Assembly: GCA_002269645.1 (NCBI GenBank) | Contig: NIVC01001252.1 | Span: 124,001-188,000, forward strand | DNA: 64,000 bases | From: Macrostomum lignano | Taxonomy: Eukaryota | Direction: 5' to 3' | In this document: positions 1 through 13,400 of the stretch, piece after piece | Numbering within the stretch: the first letter of the stretch is position 1 | Layout: every line of letters begins with the position of its first letter | The notes under the pieces: generated by a model | Seen by the model: only the letters and a program-made list of their open reading frames with translations | What the model was told of the DNA's origin: nothing | The model's database searches: none | Made by a program: the position numbers and the translations under genes

Positions 1-140
1 GAGTGAGGGTGAGCAGGAGAGAGTGAGGGTGAGCAGAAGAGAGTGAGGGTGAGCAGAAGAGAGTGAGGGTGAGCAGAAGAGAGTGAGGGTGAGCAGGAGA
101 GAGTGAGGGTGAGCAGGAGAGAGTGAGGGTGAGCAGGAGA
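1..140. repeat. 20-bp minisatellite GAGTGAGGGTGAGCAGAAGA
   Basis: About 7 tandem copies, truncated by the window start. Confidence 0.95.
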
Positions 141-565
141 GAAGAGGTGAGGCATTTGACCAGCACTAACAATGTTCGCTGTGTTCGCGCGAGCCATTGG
201 TGAATGTAGGCAGTCAGCCAGACGACAGTAAGGAGAGCATCCTGACTCAGACTCGCCACCGGCCTGTCTGCTTATCAGATGAGATAAGAAGGTATCCCAT
301 TTCTGCTTTGGCGAATCGAATGCTCACCAGTTAATTGGGAATTTTATACGAGTATGGCCAGGCCAAGAATTGAGGCCTCGATTTGATCGAATTTCTATTT
401 GGTCTCCGGTGTCTGTTTTTTTATTCCCTAAGGTCAAGGCATCAAGAGATTAAAATCTTTCATTTTATAATTAGCTTTAATTGCTATTTGACTTAATAAA
501 CTATCAAACTTAAGTTTTTTACAAACTTGGTGTTTCTAAGGGACAGGCTGCGAGTGATAGGTGTG

Positions 566-2207
566 TACAGGCTGAGAGAGACAGGTGGACAGGCTGAGAG
601 AGACAGGTGGACAGGCTGAGAGAGACAGGTGGACAGAATGAGAGAGACAGGTGGACAGGATGAGAGAGACAGGTGGACAGGATGAGAGAGACAGTGACAG
701 GCTGAGAGAGACAGGGACAGGCTGGGAGAGACAGGGACAGGCTGAGAGAGACAGGGACAGGCTGGGAGAGACAGGGACAGGCTGAGAGAGACAGGGACAG
801 GCTGAGAGAGACAGTGACAGGCTGAGAGAGACAGTGACAGGCTGAGAGAGACGGGGACAGGCTGGGAGAGACAGGGACAGGCTGAGAGAGACAGGGACAG
901 GCTGAGAGAGACAGTGACAGGCTGAGAGAGACAGGTGGACAGGCTGAGAGAGACAGGTGGACAGGATGAGAGAGACAGGTGGACAGGCTGAGAGAGACAG
1001 GTGGACAGAATGAGAGAGACAGGTGGACAGGCTGAGAGAGACAGGTGGACAGAATGAGAGAGACAGGTGGACAGGATGAGAGAGACAGGTGGATAGGCTG
1101 AGAGAGACAGGTGGACAGGCTGAGAGAGACAGGTGGACAGGCTGAGAGAGACAGGTGGACAGGATGAGAGAGACAGGTGGACAGGCTGAGAGAGACAGGT
1201 GGACAGGCTGAGAGAGACAGGTGTACAGGCTGAGAGAGACAGGTGGACAGGCTGAGAGAGACAGGTGGACAGGCTGAGAGAGACAGGTGGACAGAATGAG
1301 AGAGACAGGTGGACAGGATGAGAGAGACAGGGACAGGCTGAGAGAGACAGGTGGACAGGCTGGGAGAGACAGGGACAGGCTGAGAGAGACAGGGACAGGC
1401 TGGGAGAGACAGGGACAGGCTGGGAGAGACAGGTGGACAGGCTGAGAGAGACAGGTGGACAGGCTGGGAGAGACAGGGACAGGCTGAGAGAGACAGTGAC
1501 AGGCTGAGAGAGACAGTGACAGGCTGAGAGAGACAGTGACAGGCTGAGAGAGACAGGTGGACAGGCTGTGAGAGACAGGTGGACAGGCTGAGAGAGACAG
1601 GTGGACAGGCTGTGAGAGACAGGTGGACAGGCTGAGAGAGACAGGTGGACAGGCTGAGAGAGACAGGTGGACAGGCTGAGAGAGACAGGTGGACAGGATG
1701 AGAGAGACAGTTGGACAGAATGAGAGAGACAGGTGGACAGGATGAGAGAGACAGGTGGACAGGATGAGAGAGACAGGTGGACAGGATGAGAGAGACAGGT
1801 GGACAGAATGAGAGAGACAGGTGGACAGGATGAGAGAGACAGGTGGACAGGCTGAGAGAGACAGGTGGACAGGCTGAGATGAGACAGGTGGACAGGCTGA
1901 GAGAGACAGGTGGACAGGCTGAGAGAGACAGGTGGACAGGCTGAGAGAGACAGGTGGACAGGCTGAGATGAGACAGGTGGACAGGCTGAGAGAGACAGGT
2001 GGACAGGCTGAGAGAGACAGGTGGACAGGCTGAGATGAGACAGGTGGACAGGCTGAGAGAGACAGGTGGACAGGCTGAGAGAGACAGGTGGACAGGCTGA
2101 GAGAGACAGGTGGACAGGCTGAGATGAGACAGGTGGACAGGCTGAGAGAGACAGGTGGACAGGCTGAGAGAGACAGGTGGACAGGCTGAGATGAGACAGG
2201 TGGACAG
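566..2207. repeat. 22-bp minisatellite GACAGGTGGACAGGCTGAGAGA with shorter variant units
   Basis: Directly visible tandem array; source of ORFs 493-2262 and 536-2365. Confidence 0.95.
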
Positions 2208-2377
2208 ATAGAAATAGACAGGTAAAAGATAGAGATATAATTAGAAATATACTGAAAGGCAAATACAGGTGGGATAAGAGGGCCAGGCGGTGAGCACAGG
2301 CAGAGAATCAAAGGTTGTAAAAAGCGACAGTGTAAAACGCCTTGAATGGCCCACTTGAGCTGCACGTGTAAACTCAG

Positions 2378-2479
2378 TGCCCGGTCGGACTGAGTGTGAG
2401 CAGAGGGTGGACAAGAAGGATGGCGCCTCAGCTCAAAGAGAAGCTGCCGCCGCCACCGCCCTACTCTGAGCAGTGCTGA
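2378..2479 (+). CDS. Possible terminal exon of an upstream gene ending in a PY motif (…KEKLPPPPPYSEQC*)
   Basis: CAG acceptor at 2375-2377, a 34-codon open frame ending LPPPPPYSEQC-stop, and ATTAAA about 25 nt downstream. No upstream exon identified in the window. Confidence 0.2.
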   Translation, partial: CPVGLSVSRGWTRRMAPQLKEKLPPPPPYSEQC

Positions 2480-3039
2480 GCAGTAGATCTATCACAGGCT
2501 CATATTAAAGCAGCACGCTGGTTTTTTAGAGGATTGGGGATCGGAGTGGAACAGGGGTCGCTGCTCACGACAGTTGCATCAGCCATGGAGAGTATCAACC
2601 AGAATCTGGCACGCACTCACACACACAGGGTGTACAGCAGCCCTGACTTTCCGATCGCCAGTCTTGACAGAAGTTTTGAGAACTTTAGTAAAAGAAAAGA
2701 AACTCGGTAATTTATGGTCTTGAAATTTCGGATTTGAACAAGAGTTGGGATACTCCAGATCCTTAGTCAACGGTCTCCATGCGTCAGCTCACATTCACAG
2801 CTTCACCGCCCCACCACCAACGCCTCCCTCCTCATTAAGTGCTGCTCAAGCACTGACTGAGCACTCCCTCTTCCCCAAACAGCTTATCGCTGGGACAATC
2901 AGCCAAATAAGCAGGTAATTATTATGAATTACGATGCCCTACTGAGCTGCTGTGAGTTACAAGCTGCGATTGCCGCTGTCCGACAGCAAAACAGATTTGT
3001 TGCCATCTCTGGTTTAAATTTTTTAACCAACAGAGAGAC

Positions 3040-3100
<61 letters not shown>

Positions 3101-3599
3101 GAGAGATCAATCACGGCACTCCGGCAAAGAGTTTCTCTATCTGTCTGTCGTCGGTCTGTCTCAGCTAGTCCTCTCCTCGGCCCAGTCCTAATGAATAAAA
3201 CATGAAGCTTGATCAAGCGCAGCGTAGAGTGAACAGCGCCAATGCCGCTGTTAAAGCCGAGTGCAGCTACCGTTGGTTTTTCGTTTCATCAAACTGATTT
3301 ATTTTCTTGGTTCTTCCTTCAGAGTCTGCACTGGGGCGTTCGGGTGTCCTGCTCTTCCAGCTCGGTTGCTTCTCGAGTTTAGTTTGGTCTGGTTTGAGCT
3401 CAGCTCGTTACGCAACTGAGGTCCGCCACGCGGGGGTTGGGGGAAGCCACTTCTAGTGAATTGCTGGAGTGCCATCTTAATATCGATTCAGTGTAGGGTT
3501 CTATGGATAAGGGCTTTTAGCTTGACTCTTCAAGCTTGCAGTTGAATCATTAGAAAGTGCGAGTGGTAGTGTAAGAATAAAGACATAACGATAGAGACC

Positions 3600-6500
3600 G
3601 GGGACAGAGACTGGGAATAGAGATTGGGAATGGAGACTGGGAATAGAGACTGGGAATGGAGACTGGGAATAGAGACTGGGAATAGAGACTGGGGAATAGA
3701 CACTGGGAATAGAGACTGGGAATAGAGACTGGGGAATAGAGACTGGGAAGAGAGACTGGGAATAGAGAATGGGGAATAGAGACTGGGAATAGAGACTGGG
3801 AATAGAGACTGGGGAATAGAGACTGGGAATAGAGACTGGGGAATAGAGACTGGGGAATAGAGACTGGGAATAGAGGCTGGGGAATGGAGACTGGGGAAGA
3901 GAGACTGGGGAATAGAGACTGGGGAATAGAGACTGGGGAATAGAGACTGGGGAATAGAGACTGGGGAAGAGAGACTGGAGAATAAAGACCGGGGGACAAA
4001 GACTTACACACACAGAGGGTAAATGGGGACATAAGGGACACACACAGAGGGTGAATAGGGCGATAAGGGACACACACAGAGGGGGAATAGAGACTGGGAA
4101 TAGAGACTGGGGAAGAGAGACTGGAGAATAGATACTGGGGAAGAGAGACTGGGGAATAGAGATGGGGAATAGAGACTTGGAATAGAGACTGGAGAATAGA
4201 GACTGGGGAAGAGAGACTGGGGAATAGAGACTGGGGAATAGAGACTGGGGAATAGAGACTGGAGAATAGAGACTGGGGAAGAGAGACTGGGGAATAGAGA
4301 CTGGGGAATAGAGACTGGGGAATAGAGACTGGAGAATAGAGACTGGGGAAGAGAGACTGGGGAATAGAGATGGGGAATAGAGACTTGGAATAGAGACTGG
4401 GGAATAGAGACTAGGGAATAGAGACTGGGGAATAGAGACTGGGAATAGAGACTGGGGAAGAGAGACTGGGAATAGAGACTGGGAATAGAGACTGGGGAAT
4501 AGAGACTGGGGAATAGAGACTGGGGAAGAGAGACTGGAGAATAAAGACCGGGGGACAAAGACTTACACACACAGAGGGTAAATGGGGACATAAGGGACAC
4601 ACACAGAGGGTGAATAGGGCGATAAGGGACACACACAGAGGGGGAATAGAGACTGGGAATAGAGACTGGGGAAGAGAGACTGGAGAATAGATACTGGGGA
4701 AGAGAGACTGGGGAATAGAGATGGGGAATAGAGACTTGGAATAGAGACTGGAGAATAGAGACTGGGGAATAGAGACTGGGGAATAGAGACTGGGAATAGA
4801 GACTGGGGAATGGAGACTGGGGAAGAGAGACTGGGGAATAGAGACTGGGGAATAGAGACTGGGGAATAGAGACTGGGGAATAGAGACTGGGGAAGAGAGA
4901 CTGGAGAATAAAGACCGGGGGACAAAGACTTACACACACAGAGGGTAAATAGGGACATAAGGGACACACACAGAGGGTGAATAGGGCGATAAGGGACACA
5001 CACAGAGGGGGAATAGAGACTGGGAATAGAGACTGGGGAAGAGAGACTGGAGAATAGATACTGGGGAAGAGAGACTGGGGAATAGAGATGGGGAATAGAG
5101 ACTTGGAATAGAGACTGGAGAATAGAGACTGGGGAAGAGAGACTGGGGAATAGAGACTGGGGAATAGAGACTGGGGAATAGAGACTGGAGAATAGAGACT
5201 GGGGAAGAGAGACTGGGGAATAGAGATGGGGAATAGAGACTTGGAATAGAGACTGGGGAATAGAGACTAGGGAATAGAGACTGGGGAATAGAGACTGGGA
5301 ATAGAGACTGGGGAAGAGAGACTGGGAATAGAGACTGGGAATAGAGACTGGGGAATAGAGACTGGGAATAGAGACTGGGGAATAGAGACTGGGGAATAGA
5401 GACTGGGAATAGAGACTGGGGAATGGAGACTGGGGAAGAGAGACTGGGGAATAGAGACTGGGGAATAGAGACTGGGGAATAGAGACTGGGGAATAGAGAC
5501 TGGGGAAGAGAGACTGGAGAATAAAGACCGGGGGACAAAGACTTACACACACAGAGGGTAAATGGGGACATAAGGGACACACACAGAGGGTGAATAGGGC
5601 GATAAGGGACACACACAGAGGGGGAATAGAGACTGGGAATAGAGACTGGGGAAGAGAGACTGGGGAATAGAGACTGGAGAATAGAGACTGGGGAATAGAG
5701 ACTGGGGAATAGAGACTAGGGAATAGAGACTGGGGAATAGAGACTGGAGAATAGAGACTGGGGAAGAGAGACTGGGGAATAGAGATGGGGAATAGAGACT
5801 TGGAATAGAGACTGGAGAATAGAGACTGGGGAAGAGAGACTGGGGAATAGAGACTGGGGAATAGAGACTGGGGAATAGAGACTGGGGAATAGAGACTGGG
5901 AATAGAGACTGGGGAAGAGAGACTGGGAATAGAGACTGGGGAATAGAGACTGGGGAAGAGAGACTGGGAATAGAGACTGGGAATAGAGACTGGGAATAGA
6001 GACTGGGAATAGAGACTGGGGAATAGAGACTGGGAATAGAGACTGGGGAAGAGAGACTGGGAATAGAGACTGGGGAAGAGAGACTGGGAATAGAGACTGG
6101 GGAATAGAGACTGGGGAATAGAGACTGGGGAATAGAGACTGGGAATAGAGACTGGGGAAGAGAGACTGGGAATAGAGACTGGGGAATAGAGACTGGGGAA
6201 TAGAGACTGGGGAATAGAGACTGGGGAATAGAGACTGGGGAATAGAGACTGGGGAATAGAGACTGGGGAATAGAGACTAAAGAATAGAGATTGGGGAAGA
6301 GAGACTGGGGAATAGAGACTGGAGAATAGAGACCGGGGAATAAAGACCGGGGGACAAAGACTTACACACACAGAGGGTAAATGGGGACATAAGGGACACA
6401 CACAGAGGGTAAATGGGGACATAAGGGACACACACAGAGGGTGAATAGGGCGATAAGGGACACACAGAGGGTAAATGGAGAGATAAGGGACACACACAGA

Positions 6501-6640
6501 GGGTAAATGGAGAGATAAAGGGGACACACAGAGGGTAAATGGGGAGATAAGGGGGACACACAGAGGGTAAATGGAGAGATAAAGGGGACACACAGAGGGT
6601 AAATGGGGAGATAAGGGACACACACAGAGGGTAAATGGGG
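3600..6640. repeat. Compound higher-order satellite: 13-14-bp GGG(G)AATAGAGACT monomers plus a recurrent ~100-bp block
   Basis: Block ATAAAGACCGGGGGACAAAGACTTACACAC... recurs at about 3982, 4541, 4908, 5521 and 6340. Confidence 0.95.
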
Positions 6641-7569
6641 AGATAAAGGAAACAGACTCAGACTGTTTCAGACTCAGAAGGAGAAGAAAGTGAGACAGGG
6701 GGGGGCACAGCGGGGAGAAGGGGGTGCGGGCAAGAAGCGCAGCTGCCAAACTAAATTGCCTTGGGTGAAGCCGAGCGTGAACTTTGCATGCGTTGCTAAT
6801 TCTTCCCTCCTGCTATCGTCATGCATAGTGAGCTGGGTCTGGGCCAGCCGATCCACCGAATTTCGTGACATCAATGTCTGAGATGAAAATTTAACAATCC
6901 TCCCTTCGCGAGCTGCTCGCTTTAAACTGCTAACTGACAATCAGCCCCTGGGAGACACGGGGACTCAAGCGCTTGAGCTGACGGGAACTGGGGACTATGC
7001 AGCTACCACCGCCCCTGCTGAGTTGAAATTGAATGCTTGTAGTTGATTAATTTTCTTGGCTAGGCGCCAACTAAATCCCGGTCTAACTTCACCTTGTTGC
7101 AACAGCAGAGCACAGCAGGGAGCTTGCAGCCGGATTCCATAATCCCCTGGAGGTCGGGACCCCAGCTGCCTGTCCTGTTGATTCATGCATTATTTGCCAG
7201 CTCTCGGTGGCTTGAATCTGGACTCCTGTGTTCTGGCAGAGCAGAGAGTGGGGTAGGCGGTGGAATTTTGGATCATCTCGCCTCATCCCCCATACGTATC
7301 TTTTTCTCCCAAAGACAAGAGAAAGACGGAGGCAAGTGAACAGACTTCTTCTGCTTTGGTGGTGTTCTGAGATCAACTTCTCGGCTTCGAACTTCTGCCG
7401 CTTTTCCCCGAGTTTCCAAGAGAACTTTTGATAAGCGATATTTGATGCTGGTTATTGGGGTAGGAAAATTCTGTTTGAGAAAATATGCTAATGAGTGATG
7501 GAGAATTGCAATGGAATATTTGGAATGTTTGAAATAGTCAGAATGGGGATAGAAATGTGTGTGGGGCTA

Positions 7570-9960
7570 GAGAGGGTAGAGGGGGAGAGAAGCGGAGAGG
7601 GGGAGAGAGAGACAGAGAGAGAGAGACAGAGAGAGAGAGATGGAGAGGGGAGAGGGGGAGAGAGAGGTAGAGAGAGGGATGGAGAGAGAGGGAGAGAGAG
7701 AGGGAGAGAGGGAGAGGGGAGAAGGAGAGAGGGAGAGAGAGAAGGAGAGATGGAGAGGGGAGAGGGGGAGAGAGAGGCAGAGAGAGGGATGGAGAGAGAG
7801 GGAGAGAGAGAGGGAGAGAGGGAGAGGGGAGAAGGAGAGAGGCAGAGAGAGGGATGGAGAGAGAGGGAGAGAGAGAGGGATGGAGAGAGAGGGAGAGAGA
7901 GGGATGGAGAGAGAGGGGGAGAGAGAGGCAGAGAGAGGGATGGAGAGAGAGGGGAGAGAGGGATGGAGAGAGAGGGGGAGAGAGAGGCAGAGAGAGGGAT
8001 GGAGAGAGAGGGGGAGAGAGGGATGGAGAGAGAGGGGGAGAGAGAGGCAGAGAGAGGGATGGAGAGAGAGGGGGAGAGAGGGATGGAGAGAGAGGGAGAG
8101 AGAGGGATGGAGAGAGAGGGATGGAGAGAGAGGGAGAGAGAGAGGCAGAGAGAAGGATGGAGAGAGAGGGAGAGAGAGAGGCAGAGAGAAGGATGGCGAG
8201 AGAGAGGGAGAGAGAGAGGCAGAGAGAGGGATGGAGAGAGAGGGAGAGAGAGAGGCAGAGAGAAGGATGGAGAGAGAGGGGGAGAGAGGGATGAAGAGAG
8301 AGAGGGGGAGAGAGAGGCAGAGAGAGGGATGGAGAGAGAGGGGAGAGAGGGATGGAGAGAGAGGGGAGAGAGAGGCAGAGAGAGGGATGGAGAGAGAGGG
8401 AGAGAGAGAGGCAGAGAGAAGGATGGAGAGAGAGGGAGAGAGAGAGGCAGAGAGAGGGATGGAGAGAGAGGGAGAGAGAGAGGCAGAGAGAGGGATGGAG
8501 AGAGAGGGAGAGAGAGAGGCAGAGAGAGGGATGGAGAGAGAGGGGGAGAGAGAGGCAGAGAGAGGGATGGAGAGAGAGGGAGAGAGAGGGGGAGAGAGGG
8601 ATGGAGAGAGAGGCAGAGAGAGGGGTGGAGAGAGAGGGGGAGAGAGGGATGGAGAGAGAGGGAGAGAGAGAGGAAGAGAGAGGGATGGAGAGAGAGGGGG
8701 AGAGAGGGATGGAGAGAGAGGGGGAGAGAGAGGCAGAGAGAGGGATGGAGAGAGAGGGAGAGAGAGAGGCAGAGAGAAGGATGGAGAGAGAGGGAGAGAG
8801 AGAGGCAGAGAGAGGGATGGAGAGAGAGGGAGAGAGAGAGGCAGAGAGAAGGATGGAGAGAGAGGGAGAGAGAGAGGCAGAGAGAGGGATGGAGAGAGAG
8901 GGAGAGAGAGAGGCAGAGAGAGGGATGGAGAGAGAGGGAGAGAGAGAGGCAGAGAGAGGGATGGAGAGAGAGGGGGAGAGAGAGGCAGAGAGAGGGATGG
9001 AGAGAGAGGGGGAGAGAGGGATGGAGAGAGAGGGGGAGAGAGAGGCAGAGAGAGGGATGGAGAGAGAGGGGGAGAGAGGGATGGAGAGAGAGGGGGAGAG
9101 AGAGGCAGAGAGAGGGATGGAGAGAGAGGGGGAGAGAGGGATGGAGAGAGAGGGGAGAGAGAGGCAGAGAGAGGGATGGAGAGAGAGGGGGAGAGAGGGA
9201 TGGAGAGAGAGGGGGAGAGAGAGGCAGAGAGAGGGATGGAGAGAGAGGGAGAGAGAGAGGCAGAGAGAAGGATGGAGAGAGAGGGAGAGAGAGAGGCAGA
9301 GAGAGGGATGGAGAGAGAGGGAGAGAGAGAGGCAGAGAGAAGGATGGAGAGAGAGGGAGAGAGAGAGGCAGAGAGAGGGATGGAGAGAGAGGGAGAGAGA
9401 GAGGCAGAGAGAGGGATGGAGAGAGAGGGAGAGAGAGAGGCAGAGAGAGGGATGGAGAGAGAGAGAGAGAGAGAGAGGCAGAGAGAGAGATGGAGAGAGA
9501 GGGAGAGAGAGAGGGGGAGAGAGGGATGGAGAGAGAGGGAGAGAGAGAGGCAGAGAGAGAGATGGAGAGAGAGGGAGAGAGAGAGGCAGAGAGAGGGATG
9601 GAGAGAGAGGGAGAGAGAGAGAGGCAGAGAGAGATGGAGAGAGAGGGAGAGAGAGAGGGGGAGAGAGGGATGGAGAGAGAGGGAGAGAGAGAGGCAGAGA
9701 GAGAGATGGAGAGAGAGGGAGAGAGAGAGGCAGAGAGAGGGATGGAGAGAGAGGGAGAGAGAGAAGGAGAGAGGGAGAGGGGAGAGGGGGAGAGAGAGGC
9801 AGAGAGAGGGATGGAGAGAGAGGGAGAGAGAGAGGCAGAGAGAGGGATGGAGAGAGAGGGAGAGAGAGAAGGAGAGAGGGAGAGGGGAGAGTGGGAGAGA
9901 GAGGCAGAGAGAGAGGAAGAGAGAGAGAGGGAGAGAGAGCAGGAGAGAGATTAAGAGGGG
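7570..9960. repeat. GA-rich polypurine minisatellite (GAGAGAGGGATG / GAGAGAGGCA units)
   Basis: About 2.4 kb of nearly pure purines on the + strand. Confidence 0.95.
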
Positions 9961-10844
9961 AGAGGGAGGGGAAGATTGGAAAGGCAAGAAACGGCATGGA
10001 GTGATAGGGAGAGGGAAGATGATGAGGGAGTGAGGGGTAGAAAGCATCTGGCAAAATTGCCTTAAAGCGCCATCAATTCCGGGGCCGACCAGAGCAAAGC
10101 GAAAATCAGCCCGATATCGGCAGCGCCACTTGACTGTCATCGCGGCCGATTCCCACGATGCCGCTTTAATAGGATTAACATTTGGTATCCGAGGGGCCGA
10201 GCGGCCGGGCAATATTCGCTTGGTTTATTGCCGTTATCAGCGCGACGGGAGAGAACTGTTGCGTAATCGCTTTTTTGAGGCAGCCTTCAGATCCCGGATC
10301 TCCAAGGGCGCGGCGCGTCAGTCATCCGGGCTTAGAAAATGACAGCGTCGTGCCGCGGCCTGTTTTATTGACAACAAAAAATTCGGGAAAAAACGTCGAG
10401 TCGAGTTTCCGCTTCCCGCAGCGAGAAGATGCAAACTGAGACTCGCCAGCGGCTGCTCGGACTGTGGATTCTGATACGGGCCTCTGCGTGCTGCGGCATC
10501 TGAGCATCTCTTGTCAGCGTCTCATCCGCCGCCTTCCCTCTCAGCCCGTGAGCAGCAGCTGGTCGGACTAGATGAAGGGCGAGAAGAGGGAGCTAGAGAG
10601 GAACAAGCAGGGGAAGGAAGGGAAATGCCACCTGCTGTCTTGGGGTTGGTGAGACCCAACTTGGGAGGAGACCAGCAGGTAAGAGCTGGGTGCTGGAGAC
10701 TGGACCATCGCTTGATGAAGCAGATACAGAAAGAAACTGGGAGACAGAAAGCGAATCGCCCTCCTCACTTGGACGGAGTTGAAAGATAAGGGGAGAGAGA
10801 TGGGACAGCGGAGCTTGCAGGCTTTCGTGACTAATCACTGCTGG

Positions 10845-10845
10845 C

Positions 10846-10878
<33 letters not shown>

Positions 10879-10937
10879 GGCAGACAGGCAGACAGGCAGA
10901 CAGGCAGACAGGCAGACAGACAGACAGACAGACAGAC
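10845..10937. repeat. (GACA)n microsatellite
   Basis: Direct observation. Confidence 0.95.
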
Positions 10938-11574
10938 ACTAGGACACAAAGCCAGGTTTCTTTGACATTGCACTAGTATTCTGGCTTGAGAATATGCTTC
11001 AGTTTATATGCTGTAAAAACCAAATCAATATTTGGTACTTTTCGCCATGACAACAAGAGACCCTATAAAAACGCTTCACTTTGAATTTGAACGCTCCGCC
11101 GACATAGTCTGTCAGGCTCAAGCTTGCAAAGACAACTAACAACATCTGGGACCCAGCCTATCTTGCTGTGCCGTGCCCAGTCTAGCATGACCACAGGACA
11201 GTGTATTGCATCTTTCTTGTTTCTCATTTCAAGGCTTGTCATTTTCACCCTGACTGCGCCTTTGGCGTCCATTCTATTAGGCTACTCATTTGCGAGCTAA
11301 TCTCCATCGTCTCAAAGAAGCAGCTTCCGCGCTGCATCAAAACCATGCGATTGGTCCGCCTGATCTGGGATCCAATGGGGAAGCTGCTCCCCTTCCAGCC
11401 CCCCTTTCTGCCGGATTAGCCATTCTAAAAGCCGCGGTGTCTCAGGTCGGAGAAAAAAGGGGAAATTATCCCAATACAGACTGCGCAAGAATGTTGGCTC
11501 ATGCCAACAGGAAGTCCCAAATCTGAGAGTCAACGTTTGTTGGGAATTTTAACCAAAGGTAAGAAATTGTTGAC

Positions 11575-12482
11575 TTACCTGACACAATCGATTCCTGACA
11601 TTGTTGATTTAACTGACACAATCGATTCCTGACATTGTTGATCCAACTGACACAATCGATTCCTGACATTGTTGACCCAACTGACACAATCGATTCCTGA
11701 CATTGTTATCTAACTGACACAATTGATTCCTGACATTTTTTATCTAACTGACACAATTGATTCCTGACATTTTTTATCTAACTGACACAATCGATTCCTG
11801 ACATTGTTGACCAATCTGACACAATCGATTCCTGACATTGTTGACTAACCTGACACAATTGATTCCTGACATTGTTGACCAAACTGACACAATCGATTCC
11901 TGACATTGTTGACCAAACTGACACAATCGATTCCTGACATTGTTGACCAACCTGACACAATTGATTCCTGACATTGTTGACCCAACTGACACAATCGATT
12001 CCTGACATTTTTTTGTCTAACTGACACAATCGATTCCTGACATTTTTTATCTAACTGACACAATTGATTCCTGACATTGTTGACTAACCTGACACAATTG
12101 ATTCCTGACATTGTTGACCAAACTGACACAATCGATTCCTGACATTTTTTATCTAACTGACACAATTGATTCCTGACATTGTTGACTAACCTGACACAAT
12201 TGATTCCTGACATTGTTGACCAAACTGACACAATCGATTCCTGACATTGTTGACCCAACTGACACAATCGATTCCTGACATTTTTGATCCACCTGACACA
12301 ATCGATTCCTGACATTTTTCCAACTGACACAATCGATTCCTGACATTTTTGATCCGACTGACACACAATCGATTCTTGACATTGTTGAACTAACTGACAC
12401 AATCGATTCCTGACATTGCTGGCCCACCTGACACAATCGATTCCTGACATTGTTGATCCACCTGACACAATCGATTCCTGAC
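11575..12482. repeat. ~34-bp minisatellite CTGACACAATCGATTCCTGACATTGTTGAC...
   Basis: About 27 copies; GACACAAT recurs at 11581, 11615 and 11649. Confidence 0.95.
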
Positions 12483-13400
12483 CTCGCTGACAAACTGGCC
12501 ACTGATTCGCTAGACTTTCAACTCATGACCCCTTGACCCTGACCTTTTGACCCTAAACCTCCTGAGGCGCCTTGCAGAGCCGATTTGAAAAAATTGAATG
12601 TTCAAGAAAGATCTCTACCAAGATTATCTACTTAGATAGTCCCTACGAGTAGCAAGATTCTTCACGGCGATTTCCCGTCAGGCGTCTCCCGCACTCGCAG
12701 AAGCCGATTGATTCGCCAGTAGATAGAGCTGGCCAAGCGGCCGCATTGATCTCCAGGTCCGGAGTCTCAAGCCCGGTCCGAGGCTCCCGCGCCACCTGCA
12801 GTTTCTCCCACGACCCAGCGGCGCACACGGCTTCCGCCAGTGACATTCGGCTTATTCCAAATTAGTGCTCCGACATGCCCTGATCCCCGAGCTGCCCTCA
12901 GTTCCCAGACTGTGACTTTGCTGGGCAGTTGGAGCGCTGGGATTCTGGGGAACACGAGAGAAAAGGGGAATAAATCAAAATATTCGCCCTCCAAAATGCC
13001 CGGTTTCTCTCCCCCCCAACCCGACATAAAATCCTCAATCTAAAGCCTCTGAGCCGGGAATCTTCCCTTCCTTATTCCCATTCCGCTCTCTTCTCAGATG
13101 CTGCGACACCTCTAGGGATATTGGGCTCGCAGACTTGTTTCAAAAGAACGTTTTTCGAGCCTCAAAACCCGATCGGGTTTCCGAACTTTCCCGGCTTACA
13201 GAAGATCGAGCTGTTATGAAATTTTCAGTTTCATTCACCTATACTCGTAAAATAGCACCAACATAACACCATATTCGAGGGTGACTAATCTGCACTTCTT
13301 TAAAATAATCATTATAATAACTAAAGTATTAAAACTAAGTTTTAAGTTTTCCTACTGGCGGATCCATCTGGTCAACTACTCGTACTTTACCAATTAAATC

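Noticed and set aside
6674-7431. Short ORFs in unique sequence between arrays (also 10130-11530, 15497-16158 and 62388-63992)
   Set aside because: No recognisable domains and no consistent splice-phase chain; probably UTR or regulatory sequence.
493-10212. Very long ORFs (589-881 aa) at 493-2365, 3501-6749 and 7495-10212
   Set aside because: They are translations of tandem repeats that lack stop codons; open in several frames with low-complexity products.
11575-12482. CRISPR-like appearance of the 30-41-bp arrays with internal palindromes (also 26206-27060 and 35604-35992)
   Set aside because: Units are head-to-tail without unique spacers, there are no cas genes, and the context is eukaryotic introns.
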